From: a virus | Taxonomy: Duplodnaviria > Caudoviricetes | DNA: 26,658 bases | Strand: one strand, 5' to 3' | IMG/VR virus record: IMGVR_UViG_3300031658_000096 | Span: 1 to 26,658 of that record | Shown: positions 24,342 to 26,658 of the stretch, piece after piece | Layout: the number at the start of each line of letters is the position of its first letter | Position numbering within the stretch: the first letter of the stretch is position 1 | Position numbers and translations under genes: made by a program | The notes under the pieces: generated by a model | Databases searched by the model: none | Told to the model about the DNA's origin: nothing | The model's input: only the letters and a program-made list of their open reading frames with translations

Positions 24342-25109
24342 ATGGCATACCCAAAAATTACAGTAAACACAGGACTGGCAAGAGAAATAATAGCCAGTGA
24401 CGTAACACCAATACCTACACCAGACTCACCAGTAATTTCAGGTACATCTACAGGAATTGCAAGCGGAACAGCAGATGTAGATACTGCATTTGCATTAGAA
24501 GATTCAACAGCAAACTTTTTAGCTGCAACACCTCCACTACCAGTAGTGGTAGGAGATTTAGTTATTTCAATAGTTGCAGGAGCTGGAACAGCTGCGATAG
24601 CACCCATTACAGGACAAGTAATAACTTTAGCAGCAGATATATTTCCTAATGGAAATGAAACTTATGCCATTGTTAAAGCAAATCATTTAATTGTATCTGG
24701 AGAAACATTTATAACCAAAGGTGTAAATGTAGGAGATATAGTTTGGAATGACACTGCTAATACTACAGCTGTAGTTACCGCTGTAAACAGTGAAGTAGAT
24801 TTAACTCTTTCAGTTGATTTATTTGGTGGAAGTGCAACTTTCAATGATGACTATGAAATATATTTAGGAGGCCCTGGTGGTTCTTCAAGAATTAATTCGG
24901 CAGAAGGATGTTTATTATACGTTGGTAGTTCTTTATCTCCAATGACAGCTGCTGGAAGTTATGTAGATATACGTGTAAAAACAACAGCAGGAAATATTAT
25001 TACATTTGAAAAATTTCCAGTTGGAAGTTATTTACCAATACAGATCACTCAGCTATTATTAACCTCAACAACTGCTGAAGCAAGGAATGCTTGTGTAGCA
25101 ATATGGTAA
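24342..25109 (+). CDS. Probable virion structural protein (beta-rich, internal duplication)
   Basis: A/T/G/V-rich and Lys-poor; two copies of VGD-V...TA...TLxxD(I/L)F...YxI. Confidence 0.65.
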   Translation: MAYPKITVNTGLAREIIASDVTPIPTPDSPVISGTSTGIASGTADVDTAFALEDSTANFLAATPPLPVVVGDLVISIVAGAGTAAIAPITGQVITLAADIFPNGNETYAIVKANHLIVSGETFITKGVNVGDIVWNDTANTTAVVTAVNSEVDLTLSVDLFGGSATFNDDYEIYLGGPGGSSRINSAEGCLLYVGSSLSPMTAAGSYVDIRVKTTAGNIITFEKFPVGSYLPIQITQLLLTSTTAEARNACVAIW

Positions 25110-25110
25110 T

Positions 25111-25287
25111 ATGGAATTCAACATGTCAGATATAAAATTATACGCATTAAACGTAACATCGTTGGCCTTATCTTTTTCACACATTGACATGGCATTAAAG
25201 ATTCTTCTTTTAATTATCAGTGTAGGATATACCGCCCAAAAATGGTATCTTTTAGATAAAGATAGAAGAGATAGAAAAAAGAAATAA
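25111..25287 (+). CDS. Putative holin (58 aa)
   Basis: Hydrophobic segments (LYALNVTSLALSF; ALKILLLIISVGYTA), highly charged C-tail, directly upstream of the endolysin. Confidence 0.6.
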   Translation: MEFNMSDIKLYALNVTSLALSFSHIDMALKILLLIISVGYTAQKWYLLDKDRRDRKKK

Positions 25288-25314
25288 AATGTTCTTAATC
25301 TTAATTGAAAAATT

Positions 25315-25346
25315 AAAAGACGCAGAACATCTGCGTCTTTTTTTTT
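25315..25346 (+). terminator. Strong intrinsic terminator
   Basis: AAAAGACGCAGA-ACA-TCTGCGTCTTTT followed by further Ts. Confidence 0.85.
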
Positions 25347-25359
25347 AAAATAAATATAG

Positions 25360-25773
25360 ATGAGAAATATAGATAAGATAATAATTCATTGTTCTGCAAC
25401 TCCTCCTCACAAAGATTTTAGTGCGGAAGATATAAGGGACTGGCACGTTAAAGGAAATAAGTGGAGTGATATTGGATATCATTACATAGTAAGACTTGAT
25501 GGTGCTATGGAATATGGAAGACCTATAGAAGTGTCTGGGGCGCATTGTAAGGGACACAATCAAGATAGCATTGGTATATGTTACATTGGTGGAATGGATA
25601 AGGATATGGAGTGCGCAGAAGACACCAGGACACCTAATCAAATAGCATCACTACTGGAGCTTCTTAGATTATTAAAAAAGTTTCATCCTAATGCTGTTAT
25701 ACATGGGCATAGGGATTTTTCAAGTAAAGAGTGTCCAAGTTTTGACGCAACAAGTGAATATAAAAATATATAA
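25360..25773 (+). CDS. Endolysin, N-acetylmuramoyl-L-alanine amidase (T7 lysozyme/Amidase_2 type)
   Basis: IIIHCSAT, WSDIGYHY, GAHCKGHN, SIGICYIGG, HGHRDF, KECPSF. Confidence 0.95.
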   Translation: MRNIDKIIIHCSATPPHKDFSAEDIRDWHVKGNKWSDIGYHYIVRLDGAMEYGRPIEVSGAHCKGHNQDSIGICYIGGMDKDMECAEDTRTPNQIASLLELLRLLKKFHPNAVIHGHRDFSSKECPSFDATSEYKNI

Positions 25774-25775
25774 TT

Positions 25776-25895
25776 ATGGCTTATAAACAAAAATGTTGGA
25801 AAGGTTATGTTGCTAAAGGAACTAAAAAATCTCCAAGTGGTAAAATGACAAAAAGCGGAAAAGTTAAGCGCGTCAATAACTGTGTAAAAAAATAA
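25776..25895 (+). CDS. Small basic protein with CWKGY...VNNCV motif (39 aa)
   Basis: Read manually. Confidence 0.7.
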   Translation: MAYKQKCWKGYVAKGTKKSPSGKMTKSGKVKRVNNCVKK

Positions 25896-25898
25896 ATT

Positions 25899-26024
25899 AT
25901 GGCAAAAGCATTTAAGATACATAATATGTATAGTAAAACAGGTATTAAAAAAGTAGCTAAAACAATGAAAGATCATTTAGCTTTAAAGAAAAAAGGATAT
26001 AATCATACTCCTAAAAAGAAATAA
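25899..26024 (+). CDS. Small basic His-motif protein (41 aa, FKIHNMY...DHLALKKKGYNH)
   Basis: Read manually; TAATG coupling to the next gene. Confidence 0.7.
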   Translation: MAKAFKIHNMYSKTGIKKVAKTMKDHLALKKKGYNHTPKKK

Positions 26025-26278
26025 TGGCAAAACCAAGAGCTGGAAAAGCAAAAGTTAAAGTAACAGCTTCTGGAAAGAGAGTGAGTTATGGTCAAGCAGG
26101 TCAGGCTTCTGGTGGTGGCCCAAGGGTAAAACCTGGTACTACCAAAGGGGATAGTTATTGTGCCAGAAGTTTTGGAATAAAAAGAAGACTGTCTAAGAAA
26201 AAACAAAACGATCCTAACACTCCTAATAATTTATCTCGTAAGAGATGGAAATGTGTAGGCAAAAAATCTAAAAAATAA
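26024..26278 (+). CDS. Basic phage protein (SYCAR...SRKRWKC motif)
   Basis: ORF track; KRVSYGQAG, SYCARS, DPNTPNNLSRKRWKC. Confidence 0.8.
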   Translation: MAKPRAGKAKVKVTASGKRVSYGQAGQASGGGPRVKPGTTKGDSYCARSFGIKRRLSKKKQNDPNTPNNLSRKRWKCVGKKSKK

Positions 26279-26281
26279 ATT

Positions 26282-26515
26282 ATGAAAAAGAAAAAAAAAC
26301 TTCCAAGATCTGAAAGAATGATGGTCAGATCAAACTCAGTTCTCCATAAAGCTAATGTTGCTTTAGATGAGGGTAGAATGAAAAAAGAAAGTCGTTTATT
26401 AGACCGATCTAAGAGATTAAAAAGACGATCTAAAAGAGTTTTAGAGAGAGAAGAATATAGGTCTGCTAAAAAAGTTGGGTTTGGCCCAAGTTATCTTAGG
26501 AAAGGAATTGCTTAG
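26282..26515 (+). CDS. Arg/Lys-rich protein (77 aa)
   Basis: ORF track. Confidence 0.65.
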   Translation: MKKKKKLPRSERMMVRSNSVLHKANVALDEGRMKKESRLLDRSKRLKRRSKRVLEREEYRSAKKVGFGPSYLRKGIA

Positions 26516-26539
26516 ACATAAGGGTTTAAAAAAATAATT

Positions 26540-26658
26540 ATGAAAAAAATATTTGATTGGTTCGGAGGTAGCGTACTTAAAGATTTATTAGGTGGCCTGG
26601 ATAAATTATTTACTTCTAAAGAAGAAAAAATAAAAGCTGAAAGTATAATAAAAGAAAT
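26540..26658 (+). CDS. Putative 3TM (GTA-type) holin, 3'-truncated
   Basis: MKKIFDWFGGSVLKDLLGGLDKLFTSKEEKIKA matches the N-terminal 'D.lfTs.EE+' pattern of that family. Confidence 0.6.
   Translation, partial: MKKIFDWFGGSVLKDLLGGLDKLFTSKEEKIKAESIIKE

Noticed and set aside
25111-25125. Lambda-S-type dual-start motif in the holin (Met1/Met5)
   Set aside because: The extension is M-E-F-N, with no basic residue as in classic holin/antiholin pairs; the start may simply be Met5.
20273-26206. Minus-strand ORFs 20273, 22684, 22999, 24299, 25345, 25683, 26003 and plus-strand 22352
   Set aside because: Antisense shadows; their hydrophobicity mirrors Lys-rich codons on the real strand.
1-26658. CRISPR array, integrase, reverse transcriptase/DGR, intron/intein or stop-codon reassignment
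   Set aside because: No regularly spaced repeats or such motifs were seen. Genes are intact and tightly packed under the standard bacterial code, with TAA, TAG and TGA all used as stops.

Overview
AT-rich fragment of a dsDNA tailed phage, most likely infecting Bacteroidota (Flavobacteriia-type). Support: TAnnTTTG -7 promoter boxes, A-rich leaders without Shine-Dalgarno, and a BT4734/VirE-N-type primase. Layout: (1) 1-5070 (+), the C-terminal 1689 residues of a giant polyvalent/ejection-type virion protein with an ADP-ribosyltransferase-like module. (2) 5073-18743 (-), one long leftward unit of small early genes followed by Sak3, an ExoVIII-like nuclease, SSB-like protein, primase-helicase, SF2 helicase, VRR-NUC and two DnaA-domain-IV-like proteins. 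(3) 18744-19690, a divergent non-coding control region. (4) 19695-26658 (mostly +), phage groEL-groES, many tiny basic proteins, a structural protein, two holin candidates and an amidase endolysin. The most striking content is non-coding. The early operon's intergenic gaps contain two type I hammerhead ribozymes, two covarying 41-nt mini-tRNAs (acceptor stem plus T-arm only) and terminator-like hairpins sharing a downstream motif. All lie downstream of a ~420-nt structured leader that opens with boxB/boxA-like elements. Together they suggest an RNA-encoded system that cuts the early transcript into gene packets. Family assignments come from motif recognition by eye; no database searches or folding calculations were run.
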